Shown: in pieces, positions 34,783 through 46,002 of the stretch
Position numbering within the stretch: position 1 is the first letter of the stretch
Layout of the letters: each line of letters starts with the position of its first letter
From: an uncultured Acidobacteriota bacterium
GTDB lineage: Bacteria > Acidobacteriota > JAQAZP01
DNA length: 64,000 nucleotides
NCBI GenBank assembly: GCA_963836075.1
Contig: CAWIIB010000009.1
Coordinates: forward strand, 1,152,001 to 1,216,000
Direction of reading: 5' to 3'
Program-made: the position numbers and the translations under genes
The notes under the pieces: generated by a model
Databases searched by the model: none
Seen by the model: only the letters and a program-made list of their open reading frames with translations
Told to the model about the DNA's origin: nothing

Positions 34783-36759
34783 ATGAGTAAGCGCACCATC
34801 CTGATCCTGCTCGCCATGCTGCTGCCGGTCCTGCCGGCGTCAGCCGCCGACCAGCATTATCTTTACGATGACGGGTCGGCGGAGAACTGTCAGGGCGGGG
34901 TTGCCGGGGACATCGTCTGGCTGCAGTATTTCGATCCCCAGGGCGGTTCGGAGCTTATCACCCATGTCAGCACTGCCATCGGGTGTGCGGCGGCACCGGG
35001 GTGGGCGACGCCCACCGACGACACGGTCACTGTCTATGTCTGGGACGACCCGAACAACGATGGGGACCCCGCCGACGCGGTTCTCCTGGGGAGCGGCCAC
35101 GGTGGCGTGGAGAACGTGGACACCGATCTCTTCACCCACTACGCTCTTGATCAACCGGTGGCCGTGACCAGCCGTTTCTTCGTCGGGGCCATGGTCCACT
35201 CGGACACCGTCTTTTACCCGCGGCCGCTGGATCTCAGCCAGGACTCCGACGGCCGGACCTGGATGGTGGGGGACACCACCGGCAACTTCAACCCCGACGA
35301 CCTTACCGGCAACGACACGCCGCTGACGGCGCTGGACAGTATTGGCCTCGACGGTATCTGGCTGCTGCGCGCCCACCGGTTAAGCCCCGACGTGGACGGG
35401 CAGTCGTTCGATTTCCTGTTGGACCGCACGGACATCCCCGGATGGACCGAGCAGTCGGGGGACTGGACGGTTACCGGCCGCCGGCTGGTCTCGGAAGCGG
35501 CGTCCGCCAACCAGGTGATCACACGCAACCTCGTCCCCCAGGCCGACGGCTGCGTTGAAGTGTGCGGACATTATGGGGACGGGACAGGGCTGCGTTACCT
35601 CGGCCTGATGGTGCGCTACCAGTCGGCCTACGACCGGATCCAGGTCAAACTGCAGGACAACGACAGCTCGGGCTACTTCGATTCCTGCATCGTCTATGAC
35701 GACACCAGCTCGGTTTTCACCGCCACCGGGCAGAACTACGGCACCGAGCCCAGGCTGCAGGTGGAGTTTGTCGGGACCACGCTCCATGTGCGGATCGACG
35801 TGGACGGTGAAGGGAACTGGGACCACGACTACCCGGTGGCGGTAACCACCACCCATCCAGGCCTGGTGGGCGCATCGGCATACAACCAGGTCGGCTTCGA
35901 CGACTGGCACTGTGCGCCAGAGGCCGGCGCCTGGGGCGGGACGGTAATCGGCTTCGACGATGTGCCGCAGGACTACTGGTATTACGGGGGCGGACAGAGC
36001 CTGGGGGCCTACTACTCCGGCCTGCAGTTCACTCCCGTGGTGAACGTCCTCGAGTCGACGGTGTACGGTTACGGTGTCACCACCTTCCCGTGGCACTCCT
36101 CCGACGCGGTGATTTGCGCACTGGCATCGGACGAGGTGAGGGTCTCTTTTGACGAACCGAAAACCCACGTGGGATTCTGGTACACGACGGTGGAGGGTGA
36201 CGGGTCAGCCGAGGCCTATGATGAGAACGGCACACTGCTGGACAGTGCGGTGCTGCTCAACAACCGCGCCACGAACAATTACATTTCGCTCGACGGGGAG
36301 GGAATCGAGTACGTGGACCTGCGGTGCGGCCACTCCGGGCTCCTCACCATCGACGACCTCGAATACCAGCCGGTCAACTACATCGGCGTGGACACCATCA
36401 GTTCGAGTTTCACCTGCAGCCCGCAATCGGGCACGCTGCCCTTCCAGGTGGGCATGAACGTCGAGATGACCAACAATTACGACCAGCAGATCCGACGCAT
36501 CGCCGGAAAAATCAACGTCCGCCTCGCTGGCGGCGCCACGTATACCAACTGGCGGGCCGGGTACACCAACGTGGCCCCGCTTGGCAGCTACACGACTTCC
36601 TGGGTGCAGAATTTCCCGGCCCTGGGTTCGCTGGTGGGGACCACCAACTTTACCCTCAGTGCCCTGGACGTCACCCCGGCGCCTTACAACCAGCCGCCCT
36701 ACCCGGCGTCCGGCGATGTCGAGGTGCGGGCCTGCAACATCACGGCAGCGGCGCCGTAG
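34783..36759 (+). CDS. Secreted multi-domain beta-sandwich protein with PYNQPPY CTD (paralog 1)
   Basis: Signal peptide MSKRTILILLAMLLPVLPASAA, a YDDGSAE domain, a WTEQSGDW lectin-like domain and an IGFDD...TIDDLEY domain. CTD at 36391-36759. Confidence 0.88.
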   Translation: MSKRTILILLAMLLPVLPASAADQHYLYDDGSAENCQGGVAGDIVWLQYFDPQGGSELITHVSTAIGCAAAPGWATPTDDTVTVYVWDDPNNDGDPADAVLLGSGHGGVENVDTDLFTHYALDQPVAVTSRFFVGAMVHSDTVFYPRPLDLSQDSDGRTWMVGDTTGNFNPDDLTGNDTPLTALDSIGLDGIWLLRAHRLSPDVDGQSFDFLLDRTDIPGWTEQSGDWTVTGRRLVSEAASANQVITRNLVPQADGCVEVCGHYGDGTGLRYLGLMVRYQSAYDRIQVKLQDNDSSGYFDSCIVYDDTSSVFTATGQNYGTEPRLQVEFVGTTLHVRIDVDGEGNWDHDYPVAVTTTHPGLVGASAYNQVGFDDWHCAPEAGAWGGTVIGFDDVPQDYWYYGGGQSLGAYYSGLQFTPVVNVLESTVYGYGVTTFPWHSSDAVICALASDEVRVSFDEPKTHVGFWYTTVEGDGSAEAYDENGTLLDSAVLLNNRATNNYISLDGEGIEYVDLRCGHSGLLTIDDLEYQPVNYIGVDTISSSFTCSPQSGTLPFQVGMNVEMTNNYDQQIRRIAGKINVRLAGGATYTNWRAGYTNVAPLGSYTTSWVQNFPALGSLVGTTNFTLSALDVTPAPYNQPPYPASGDVEVRACNITAAAP

Positions 36760-36998
36760 GTTTCCGCGCTGAGCCTGGATGCATCGACTGGTGCGGGGGC
36801 GTCGGTGATACCGAACGCCGGCGCCCCCGGTTCCCTTCCCCCCGTGTGCATCTAAAAATTCCACCTTCAGGTGTCCGGATTCTCTTCTGCTTGTCGCTTA
36901 CCGGTACAGAGGGAAGCCCGGGTGTGCCGGACTCGTCCCTCAGTTTCTTCGACGGTTCATTCGTTTTCTACCCTGATCCTGAAATGGAGGATTGACCG
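36760..36998 (+). repeat. Intergenic unit copy 2
   Basis: Same blocks and same length (239 nt) as 34544-34782. Confidence 0.85.
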
Positions 36999-38972
36999 AT
37001 GATCAAGCGCACCATCCTGATCCTGCTCGTCATTTGCATGCCGGTCCTGCCGGCGGCTGCCCTGGACCAGCACTATTCCCACGACGACGGCTCCAGCGAA
37101 ACGGCGCTGGGGTTCTTCGGCGGGGACCAGGTCTGGCTGCAGTATTTCGACCCGCTGGGCGGTATGGAGACCATCACCCACGTCAGCACGACATTCGGGT
37201 CGCCGGAGGAGGGGGGGCAAATCCCGCTGATCAATACCGCGATCACGGTCTACATCTGGGACGACCCGGACAACGACGGCGACCCCGACGACGCGGTCCT
37301 CCTGGGCAGCGGAAGCGGCAGAGTGAGAACCGTGGACGGAGATTTCTTCACCCACTATTTTCTCGATAACCCGGTGACGGTGACCAGCCGTTTCTTTGTC
37401 GGGGTCAAGATCAATTGCCCGTCCAGCCTGCTGCCCAAATCGCTGGACCAGAGCCAGCCCTCCAACGGCCGGGCCTGGGCTGCCGGTGACGCCGGCGGGG
37501 GTTTCAACGCCTACAACCTGACCGACAACAGCCACCCGCCAGTGGACCAGGACAGCACGGCCAATCCGGGCGTCTGGCTGCTTCGTGCCCACCGTCTGAC
37601 CAGGGAGGTTTTCTGTGATTCGTTCGACCATACGTTCGGCACCACCAGCCCGAGGTGGTGGACCGAGGAGAGCGGCGACTGGAGTCTCGCCGACCGGCGG
37701 CTGGTCTCGGAAGCGCTGGCCGCCAACCAGGTGATCACCGTGGACAGCATCGACCAGGCCGACGGCTGCGTCGAAGTGCAGGGGTTTTATGGTGACGGGT
37801 TTGGCCTGCGGTCTTTCGGCACGGTGGCGCGATATGCTTCGGCCAGCGACCGCGTCCTGGTCAAATTGCAGGAAAACGGCACCAACGGCTTCTTCAACGC
37901 TTGTTACGCCTACGATGGCGGGTCAACGGTCCTTGCCGTCCAGGGGCAGAACTTCGGCACCGAACCGGTGCTGCAGGTGCAGTATGACGGCCCCCAGGTC
38001 ACCGTGCGGATCGACGTTGACGGCGATGGTGGCTGGGATCACGAATACCCGGTCACCGTCACCACCATTCACGGTGGCCTCACCGGCGCCTCGGCATACA
38101 ACCAGGTCGGCTTCGACGACTGGCACTGCGGGCCGTCACCGGATGCCTGGGGCGGGGAGATGATCGATTTCCAGGGTGTGCCGGAGGATTACTGGTCCAG
38201 TGCGGGCGGCCAGAACCTGGGGGGGTATTTCCCCGGACTCACCTTCGGCACTACGGCGGTCATCGTCGAAGCGACGGTTTACGGTTACAACGACATCGGC
38301 TACCCCTGGCACTCCTTCGACTCGGTGCTCGGCTCGTTGTCCGCCGAGGTGGTGCAGATCGACTTCGACGAACCGAAGACTCACGTCGGTTTCTGGTTTA
38401 CCACTGCCAGCGGTGACGGTATTGCCGAGGCCTTTGACGAGTACGGCACGCTGCTGGCCCGGGCGGTGATGCACGAGAACATGAGCAGAAACGACTACAT
38501 CTCCCTTGACGGGTCGGGAATCCGCTCCGTGACCCTCTGGGACGGCCAGTCCACCACCATGACCATCGACGACCTGGAATACCAGCCGGCCAACTCACCG
38601 CCGAATACCGTCGACGCCAGCTTCGACTGCAGCCCCACTTCGGGCGTGCTTCCCTTCCAGGTGAGCATGAATATCGAACTGGCCAATGCTCACGAAACGG
38701 AGAACAGACGCCTGGCGGCCCGGATCAACGTCCGGCTGGCCAACAATACGGCTTACACCAACTGGCGTTCCGGGTACACCAACCTCAGGCCGCTGTCGAG
38801 CTACACGGCTTCCTGGTCTCAGAACCTGCCGGCCCTGAGTGCACTGGTGGGTGACAACAACTTCACCCTGGTTGTCGTGGACGTCACGCCGGCGCCGTAC
38901 AACCAGCCGCCGTACGCGCCCTCGGGCGATGCCGAGGCCCGGGCCTGCACCATCACTGGTTACGCGCCGTAG
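36999..38972 (+). CDS. Secreted multi-domain protein with PYNQPPY CTD (paralog 2, tandem duplicate)
   Basis: Colinear with 34783-36759 (WLQYFDP, WDDP.NDGDP.DAVLLGSG, GASAYNQVGFDDWHC, FDEPKTHVGFW). CTD at 38604-38972. Confidence 0.88.
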   Translation: MIKRTILILLVICMPVLPAAALDQHYSHDDGSSETALGFFGGDQVWLQYFDPLGGMETITHVSTTFGSPEEGGQIPLINTAITVYIWDDPDNDGDPDDAVLLGSGSGRVRTVDGDFFTHYFLDNPVTVTSRFFVGVKINCPSSLLPKSLDQSQPSNGRAWAAGDAGGGFNAYNLTDNSHPPVDQDSTANPGVWLLRAHRLTREVFCDSFDHTFGTTSPRWWTEESGDWSLADRRLVSEALAANQVITVDSIDQADGCVEVQGFYGDGFGLRSFGTVARYASASDRVLVKLQENGTNGFFNACYAYDGGSTVLAVQGQNFGTEPVLQVQYDGPQVTVRIDVDGDGGWDHEYPVTVTTIHGGLTGASAYNQVGFDDWHCGPSPDAWGGEMIDFQGVPEDYWSSAGGQNLGGYFPGLTFGTTAVIVEATVYGYNDIGYPWHSFDSVLGSLSAEVVQIDFDEPKTHVGFWFTTASGDGIAEAFDEYGTLLARAVMHENMSRNDYISLDGSGIRSVTLWDGQSTTMTIDDLEYQPANSPPNTVDASFDCSPTSGVLPFQVSMNIELANAHETENRRLAARINVRLANNTAYTNWRSGYTNLRPLSSYTASWSQNLPALSALVGDNNFTLVVVDVTPAPYNQPPYAPSGDAEARACTITGYAP

Positions 38973-39039
38973 GTCTATCAGCAATAGTGTTCGGGGATTG
39001 CGGAGGACCGACGGACTCCTTTCTCACGCGATAACAGTC

Positions 39040-39083
39040 AAAAAAAGGGGGACTGTCACGCCCCGGTGACTGTCCCCTTTTTT
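39040..39083. terminator. Bidirectional intrinsic terminator
   Basis: AAAAAAAGGGGGACTGTCAC...GTGACTGTCCCCTTTTTT between convergent genes. Confidence 0.8.
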
Positions 39084-39090
39084 CTTTATT

Positions 39091-39843
39091 TCAGCCGATA
39101 TCGATGGAGATCGGGCAGTGGTCCGAGCCCATCACGTCCATGTAGATGGCGGCGTCCTTGAGCTGCGGGCGCAGCACCTTCGAGATGCAGAAGTAGTCGA
39201 TGCGCCACCCCACGTTCCGCTCCCGGGCCTTGCCGAAGTTGCTCCACCAGGTGTACTGGCCGCCCTCCTGGTTGAACTCGCGGAAGGTGTCGACGAAGCC
39301 GGCCTTGATCAGCTTGCCGAACTCGGCCCGCTCCTCGTCGGTGAACCCGGCGTTCTTGTGGTTGGTCTTGGGGTTGGCCAGGTCGATCTCCTTGTGCGCC
39401 ACGTTGAGGTCGCCGCAGAAGACCACCGGCTTGGTCTTTTCCAGCTTTTTGAGATAGCGGCGGAAGGCGGGGTCCCACTCCCTGGTGCGGTAGTCCAGCC
39501 GGGTCAGGCCGCGCTGGGCATTGGGGGTGTAGACCGTCACCAGGTGGAAGTCGTCCAGCTCGGCGGTGAGGACGCGGCCCTCTCTGTCCAGGGCCTTCTT
39601 GCCCAGGCCGCGGGTCACCTTCCCCAGTTCCACCCGGGTGAGGAAGGCCGTCCCCGAGTAGCCCTTCTTCTCCGCCGGGTACCAGTGCATCTCGTAGCCG
39701 GGGATCTCGGTGTCCACCTGCTCGGGCAGGGCCCGGGTCTCCTGCAGACAGATGATATCGGCGTCGGTCCCGGCGACATAGTCGACGAAACCCTTCTTGA
39801 TCACGGCGCGGATGCCGTTGACGTTCCAGGAAATGATCTTCAT
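39091..39843 (-). CDS. xth: Exodeoxyribonuclease III (ExoA/Xth AP endonuclease)
   Basis: MKIISWNVNGIRA, CLQET, KKGYSGTA, YTPN, CGDLNVAH, YTWWS, GWRIDYF, GSDHCP. Confidence 0.96.
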   Translation of the reverse strand: MKIISWNVNGIRAVIKKGFVDYVAGTDADIICLQETRALPEQVDTEIPGYEMHWYPAEKKGYSGTAFLTRVELGKVTRGLGKKALDREGRVLTAELDDFHLVTVYTPNAQRGLTRLDYRTREWDPAFRRYLKKLEKTKPVVFCGDLNVAHKEIDLANPKTNHKNAGFTDEERAEFGKLIKAGFVDTFREFNQEGGQYTWWSNFGKARERNVGWRIDYFCISKVLRPQLKDAAIYMDVMGSDHCPISIDIG

Positions 39844-40012
39844 CGGTGCCCTCCAGAGTGTAGGGCCGTATTGTATACGGAAAAGAGGAGGCGAACAGGG
39901 GAGGATGAGTCTGTCTCGGCGAGCGCCCGCGGTGCTTGATACTGACCGGCGCCGATACCGTGCTTGCCGGCAGATCACGCTCCGGAAAGAAAATCCTCCA
40001 GCGTGACCCACC

Positions 40013-43000
40013 TCACCCTTCAGTTTCCGGGCTGAACTCCAGTTTCACCTTACGGCCAAAGACCAGCCGCACCGGCCCGAGGAGCCCGGAGGGGAGGGGG
40101 GTCGGTTCGAGACGGTTGGCCATGGTGTTGGTCACCACCACGGTGAGGATGTTCTCGCCCGGCCGGAGGAACTGCTCCACCCGCAGGCGGTATGGCGGCC
40201 AGAGCAGATCGCCAACCGGCTTGCCGTTGAGGATCACCCGGGCGGTTTCCCTGACATCCCCGAGATCGAGGACGGCGGCTTGACCCCCATCATCTGGTGC
40301 TACTTTGCCGTCAGATGAGCTATCAGTTCCCACTGGACTGATTATTGTCAGCCTTGTTTGAATTGATAATGGGATTGTTCCCCACCAGGCTCTTGTCCAT
40401 CTGGAATGTGGTACTGTATTCGGCGGTCCCCGAGAACTGGCCCCGGCCGATAGTCCGCCAGTCCTGGAGGGGCTGGTTGGTGAGAACCATCTCCAGTGGC
40501 CACTTGTCCCGCAGGCCGTCCTCGAACTGGCCCCCCTCCATGGGCAGAAAGCGGATCTCCCAGCCGTGGGCCAGGTTGAGGGGATTGGGAATATCTCCCA
40601 CTATTGCGGAGAGAAGCCAGTCCTGTCGAATTATTTTTGCCACATTTACGTTTGATAATTGCCCGATAACGCTCGATTCCACCACTCTGGCCCATTTTTT
40701 GCCAGGACCCCAGGCGATCCCCTCCACTTCCGGCGTTTGCTCGGGGGACCGTCGCAGATCCAGCACCTGGTCGAGGTTTGTCTCCTCCACCCGGCAGGAC
40801 ATCGCCTCCGGCCGGTCGATGAAAATCAGCGCGGAACCGTGGGGCGGGAGGGTCAGCGGAAGCAGGATTCGTTCGGCCGGGTCGATGCTGAAGCCGTGCA
40901 GCGGCGTCGCCGAGCCGTCGGCCGGATCGAGACGCCAGGGCCGGCCGGGGCCGGCCATGACGGCGGTGAAGCTTTTCTCCTGCTCCCCCTGGTTGAGGAT
41001 GAAGACCAGCGCGCCGCCGTCATCGCCGGCGATCTCCTTTCGCAGGTGGCGGATCTGCGGGTCGGGGGGCAGGATGCGCAGGGCCGGGGAGCAGTGGGCC
41101 GCCACGGCGTCCACCAGTCCGGCAAAGGGGCTGCTCTCGGCGACGGCCTCGGCGGTGCGGTCCCGCTGCCGGCTGAGCCAGCCTTTGTAGGTGGCGGTGG
41201 CCCGGGCCTCCAGCCGCGGGGCCACTTTGGCGCCGACGGTGCGCAGAGCGCGGAGCAGCCGCAGCATGCGCGGCCCCTGGGCCGGATGGCTGGCCGCAGT
41301 GTCCTGGTGGGGCACGCAGATCGTCGCGCCGCTGCCAAATACGGAGATATGAGTGCTGTCCCCGGAGTGCTGTTCATCACCCTGCCGGGCCCCGGGGAAG
41401 AGCCGGGCCGACCACTCCCGGAGGGGGTCCATCTCACCGCCGGTATCAGCCAGTTCGATCTCCGGCAGGGCGCCGGCCGCGGCCAGCAGTCCACCGCCAT
41501 CGGTGAACCGTTCCAGTTTCTCGGCCATGCCGGCGGGGAGTGCACGGCACCCGGGAAGGATCAGCACGCTGTAGCGGCTCTGGTCCAGGGCCAGCAGACC
41601 GTGCTCCTCCACCTCTGCCCGGCCGATCATCTCCGCGTCGAGAATATGGAAGTCGATCTGGGCCCGCTCCAGGGCCAGGGCCAACCCGCGGAAGGCGGCG
41701 TCGATGCTTCGTGCGGCCGCTTCTCCTTCGGGGCCGGCGCTCAGGGCGGCCCAGACGGCGGTGAGCGGGTAGAAGAGGGCCACCGAGGCCTCGGGCCGGC
41801 CCTGCTCCAGGGCGGCGAAGAGACGGCGGCCGTAGGCCTGGAAGCCGGGGTAGTGGGGCCACCAGCAGTTCTGGAAGAAGAGCGAGGGTGGGCACTCGCG
41901 GTGCCGGCTGCCGGCCATGCTGTAGTGGAAGGCGTGGGGGATCAGCCGGGTCAGGCCGCGCACTGCCTGCCAGTCGGTGGTGTAGCGCATCCGCTGGAGG
42001 GTCAGCCCCCAGCCGAAGATGCCGAAGGTCTCGCTCTGCAGCTGGCCCAGGCCCAGGTGCAGGGCGGCCGAGGCGCCCAGGCGCACCGACACCGACTGCT
42101 CCTCGCTCACCTGGCCCACCAGGTCCACCCCGGCCTGGTCCAGGTGGCGGAAGTGGCGGAAGAAGTCACCCTGGGAGCGGGCGGTGGTCAGCAAATCCTC
42201 CTCGCCCAGCAGGTGGCCGATCAGCTGCAGGCCGTTGGCCCGGCACCACTGGCGGAGCTGCTGGAAGTAGCTTGTGCGGTAGCGCTCGGCCAGGGCGTCA
42301 AAGTAGTCGGTGCGGATTCGGACCGATTCGAGATCATCGTCCCGCTCAACGGGCGGCTGCCAGAGGGCGCCCAGGCGGGGCAGCAGGTCGTAGCCCTTCA
42401 ACTCCCGGAAGTGGTCGGGGAACCGGGCGGTCCAGGGGACGGTGCCCGGGTCGCAGCCGTGGAGGTTGTTGTAGAAGCCCGGCTCGTCGGTGAAGAAGCC
42501 GAGGACGACGGTGCCGAAGTAGTCGTGGAGATACTGCAGATACCGCTCGTGGGTCAGCGAGATGAAGAGGCGCACCGCCTCGGGGTCGAGCAGGTCGGTG
42601 TAGCGGATTCCCGGCTTGTAGGTCACCGAGAAGGAGGTGGGCTTGCTGATGTAGATCTGGACGGCAACGGTTCCCGGTGGAATGGGGAGGCGGAGGGGTG
42701 TGGATCTGGTTCGGAGGATATCAGGGGTGGGTGAGTGGGAAATGGTGGTGCTGTTATGGTTATCAATGGCAACGGAGTGGGTTTCAGATTGTTCAGTGGG
42801 TTGCTGGTTCGCGCCGGGTGGGGTGACGAGCTCCGGGCGGATTTCACTTGATCCACCCTTCCCGTCAAGGGCAAACGCGGCCACCAGCTGTTCCAGCGGG
42901 GACAGGCTGTGGCGCAGGCTCTCCCGTCCCTGGGTATCCACTGTCATGCTTAACAGGTGCCGGGCGCAGCGGGTGGGATCCTCCTCGATCAACCGGCCGC

Positions 43001-43421
43001 CGGCGTACCCGCTGGGCCAGTTCAGCTCGTCGTAGAGCCAGACCTTCATCCCCCGGATCCGGGCCTCCTCCACGGCCACCTTGACCATCTCGAACCACTG
43101 ATCGGAGAGGTAGGAAGGGGTCTCCAGCCCCTCCCGGGGATGGATGACAAAGGCCTCCACACCGGAATAGGCCATCAGGCCGATCTGCCGGCAGACCTCG
43201 CCTTTGTCCATCCTGCCGTTCCACATCCAGAAGGGCATGGGGGTGGAATCGCCCTTCGGATCGGCAAAGGTGCGGAGGAAGGCTGGGCCGCCGTTCGTCT
43301 GTGCTGTACCGGGGTTTCCCACTGTTTGACATGGTGAAAAGAGTATATCAACTTTGCTCAGGTTTGCGGAGGTACAATTTGACCCACGATGGTCCACATC
43401 GAGCCCGGCCAAACAGTTCAC
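40013..43421 (-). CDS. GH106 (alpha-L-rhamnosidase-like) glycoside hydrolase; frameshift near 40325, start uncertain
   Basis: PMPFWMWNG, HPREGL, WLYDELNWPSGYAGG, GFFTDEP, GHLLGEE, SETFG, HAFHYS. C-terminal LDLGDVRETARVILNG..LWPPY..G.N.LTVVVTNT..SGLLGPV. Confidence 0.85.
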
Positions 43422-43699
43422 CGATCAGCGAAGTAGTCGACATTAACGTCGAACAGATTACGGAATCCGGCACGGATCGTCGGGGTTTGTCCGGCGCTAA
43501 GTCCGGCCTCCGGGAGTCTGGCGGGGAGGTGCGGATTTTTCTATTCCCTGATTACCCTCTGCCTATAAGGTCATTTGCCGGGGGGCCCGGCCGCTGCCCC
43601 CCTGCTTTGCCCTTCCTGGCACACTTCTTGAGTATTGGTAGAACAGTTGTAATCACGTCAAAAGCAGTATTTGGCCGCCATTGTCAGGAGGATGGATTT

Positions 43700-44112
43700 A
43701 TGCTCAGGTTTGCGAAGATCAGATCCGCTGTCGCCATCACCGCACTGTTCACTGCTCTGGTTCTGCTGGTCTCTCCTGTTGCGCTTTATGCCTTCGAGAT
43801 CATCATCGAGGTCGCGCCCCGGGTGCTCAACATTCAGAGCAAGGGCACGGTGGTGACCGTGCACACCGATATCGCCTATTCCGCTGTTGAGCCCACAGCG
43901 TCAGCCTCAACGGCGTGGAGATCAGCAGCTGGAAGGCCGATGACCAGGGCAACTTCGTGGCCAAGTTCTCCATGCAGGCGATCAAGAACCTTCCCGGACT
44001 GGTCATCGGCGAGAACAACACCCTGCGTCTTGCCGGGGTCACCTCTCTGGGTGAGCCCTTCGAGGGCGAGACCGAGGTTCTGGTTATTGACATCACCCCC
44101 AAGGGGCGGTAA
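43700..44112 (+). CDS. Small secreted hypothetical protein (frameshift near 43895)
   Basis: AGGAGG RBS and signal peptide MLRFAKIRSAVAITALFTALVLLVSPVALYA. IEVAPRVLNIQSKGTVVTVHTDI joins LNGVEISSWKADDQGNFVAKF. Confidence 0.7.
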
Positions 44113-44130
44113 TCCCCTTATCACGCCCCA

Positions 44131-44164
44131 GTGGCGTCCCCGGGAAATCGGGGGCGCCATTTTA
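44131..44164 (+). terminator. Intrinsic terminator
   Basis: Stem GTGGCGTCCCCG/CGGGGGCGCCAT followed by TTT. Confidence 0.6.
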
Positions 44165-44352
44165 ACGCCTCCATTTCGCCCGCCCCACTCCGTATCCCAC
44201 CATATCCAGCAATATCTGATCGGATGCAATCAAAATGTGATGGCTTGTTGATGTGGATTGGTGTCGCAATCATCCGCAACGGTGCGGGGGCTGTCGGCTT
44301 AACTGTTTCATGAATAACCAGTTGCCTGAATCACTGGTCTGTCGTCCATCTC

Positions 44353-44368
44353 TGGCACGCATCTGGCA
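44353..44368 (+). promoter_or_regulatory. Possible sigma54 (-24/-12) promoter
   Basis: TGGCACGCATCTGGCA gives GG-N10-GC about 85 nt upstream of ATG 44455. The -12 box is TGGC rather than TTGC. Confidence 0.4.
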
Positions 44369-44454
44369 ATAGACCTCTGCAGGCAGCGGTGACGGATCAT
44401 AACCTTCAGGCCGAACGGTGATCCCCTTTGCCGCTCCATCGCGGAGGACGGCCG

Positions 44455-46002
44455 ATGAACGAGTCTGCAATCCTGATTGATGAGCGCTTCGCCACCCCAA
44501 CCCCCACACCCCACTTGTCGAAGAGCCGGTTCATCGCCGGGCTGCAGTGCCTGCGGCGGCTGTGGCAGATCTGCCACGCGCCGGAGGATACGCCCCGGGC
44601 CGATGCCGCGCTCGAAACCCTGTTTGCCGGGGGACACGAGGTGGGCCGCCTGGCTCGTCTCGCGTTCCCCGGCGGTGTCCTGGTGGACGAGGAGGGCGGG
44701 TTCGCCCATGCCGCCCGGATCACCCGCCGGCTGCTGGGCCGCGGCGGCAGAACCACCTGCGGGGCCAGCCCGCTGCTCTTCGAGGCGGCCTTTGCCTTCG
44801 AGGACGTGCTGGTCCGCGCCGATATCCTGCAGCGCCGCAACGACGGGCGCTGGCGGCTGATCGAGGTCAAGGCCGCCCTCGATCTCAAGGAGCACCACAT
44901 CGCCGACCTGGCGGTCCAGCGTCACGTGTTGGAGGGCTGGGGCCTGGAACTGCCCGAGGCCTGCCTGATGCACCTCAACCGTGATTATGTGTACAGCGGC
45001 AGCGGCCACCGGCTGGACGACCTCTTCGTCATCGAAGACGTCAGCGACCGGGTCCTGGCCTGGCAGGCGCGGGTGCCCCGGATGCTGCAAGAGCAGCGGG
45101 ATGTCCTGGCCACCAATGAGCCGCCGGCGGTGCAGCCGGGCAGCCACTGCTCGAGCCCCTACCCCTGCGAGTTCTGTTCGCTCTGCAGCCCTGAGCTGCC
45201 GGACCACCACCCGGCGCTCCTGCCGCGGATCGGCCGCCAGGCACTGGGCCTGTTCCGCGAGCAGGGGATCGATACCGTCACCGCCATCCCCCTCGATCAC
45301 CCGTTGAGCGAGCAGCAGCACCGGGCCCGGCGGGCACTTCTCGAAGGCGGCGCGGTGATCGAGCCCGGGGTGCGGCAGTTGCTGGGCGGTCTTGGCTGGC
45401 CCCGCTGGTATATGGACTTCGAGACCAGCAACCCGCCGGTGCCCCGGCACCGGGGGATGAGCCCCTACAACGTGATCCCCTTCCAGTGGTCGCTGCACCG
45501 CCGGACGCGGCCCGGCGCACCGCTGGAGCACTTCGAGTTTCTGGCCGTGGAGGGTGAAGACCCACGCCGGCGGTTCGCCGAGACACTGCTGGAGGCGCTG
45601 TCCCGGGACCAGGGGCCGGTGGTGGTCTACAACGCCGCCTTCGAGAAGAGCAGGCTGGCCGACCTGGCGAGCTGGCTTCCCCAGCGGGCTGCGGCCCTGG
45701 GCCGGGTAGCCGACCGGGTGTGGGACCTGCTGCCGGTGGTCCGCGGCCATGTCTACCACCCGGCCTTTCGCGGGTCGTTCTCGTTGAAGAAGGTGCTGCC
45801 GGCGCTGTTGCCCCACCTGGGTTACGACGGGATGGCGGTGGCCGACGGCGGTGAGGCCAGCTCGGCCTGGGAACGGCTGGTGGCCGGCGGCCTGGGTGAC
45901 GAAGTGCGGGGGCGGCTGCGCGAGGGGCTGCTGGAATACTGCGGACGGGACACCCTGGCCATGGCCGCCCTGGTGGCCCACCTGGTAGAGGAAGACCGGT
46001 GA
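44455..46002 (+). CDS. DUF2779-type nuclease: Cas4/RecB-like PD-(D/E)xK domain plus RNase H-fold exonuclease domain
   Basis: LSKSRFIAGLQC..RLW, RADIL...LIEVK and HCSSPYPCEFCSLC; then YMDFET, PFQWSLH, VYNAAFEK, FSLKKVLP and LLEYCGRDT. Confidence 0.85.
   Translation: MNESAILIDERFATPTPTPHLSKSRFIAGLQCLRRLWQICHAPEDTPRADAALETLFAGGHEVGRLARLAFPGGVLVDEEGGFAHAARITRRLLGRGGRTTCGASPLLFEAAFAFEDVLVRADILQRRNDGRWRLIEVKAALDLKEHHIADLAVQRHVLEGWGLELPEACLMHLNRDYVYSGSGHRLDDLFVIEDVSDRVLAWQARVPRMLQEQRDVLATNEPPAVQPGSHCSSPYPCEFCSLCSPELPDHHPALLPRIGRQALGLFREQGIDTVTAIPLDHPLSEQQHRARRALLEGGAVIEPGVRQLLGGLGWPRWYMDFETSNPPVPRHRGMSPYNVIPFQWSLHRRTRPGAPLEHFEFLAVEGEDPRRRFAETLLEALSRDQGPVVVYNAAFEKSRLADLASWLPQRAAALGRVADRVWDLLPVVRGHVYHPAFRGSFSLKKVLPALLPHLGYDGMAVADGGEASSAWERLVAGGLGDEVRGRLREGLLEYCGRDTLAMAALVAHLVEEDR

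Noticed and set aside
34475-38972. CTD copies as diversity-generating retroelement template and variable repeats
   Set aside because: No reverse transcriptase in the window, differences are not adenine-specific, and the protein motif is conserved rather than diversified.
43617-43633. TGGCACACTTCTTGAG as a sigma54 promoter
   Set aside because: The -12 element is GA rather than the near-invariant GC, so it is too weak to call.
44455-46002. Cas4-like nuclease as evidence of a CRISPR-Cas locus
   Set aside because: No cas1/cas2 or array nearby. The architecture matches stand-alone DUF2779-type proteins.
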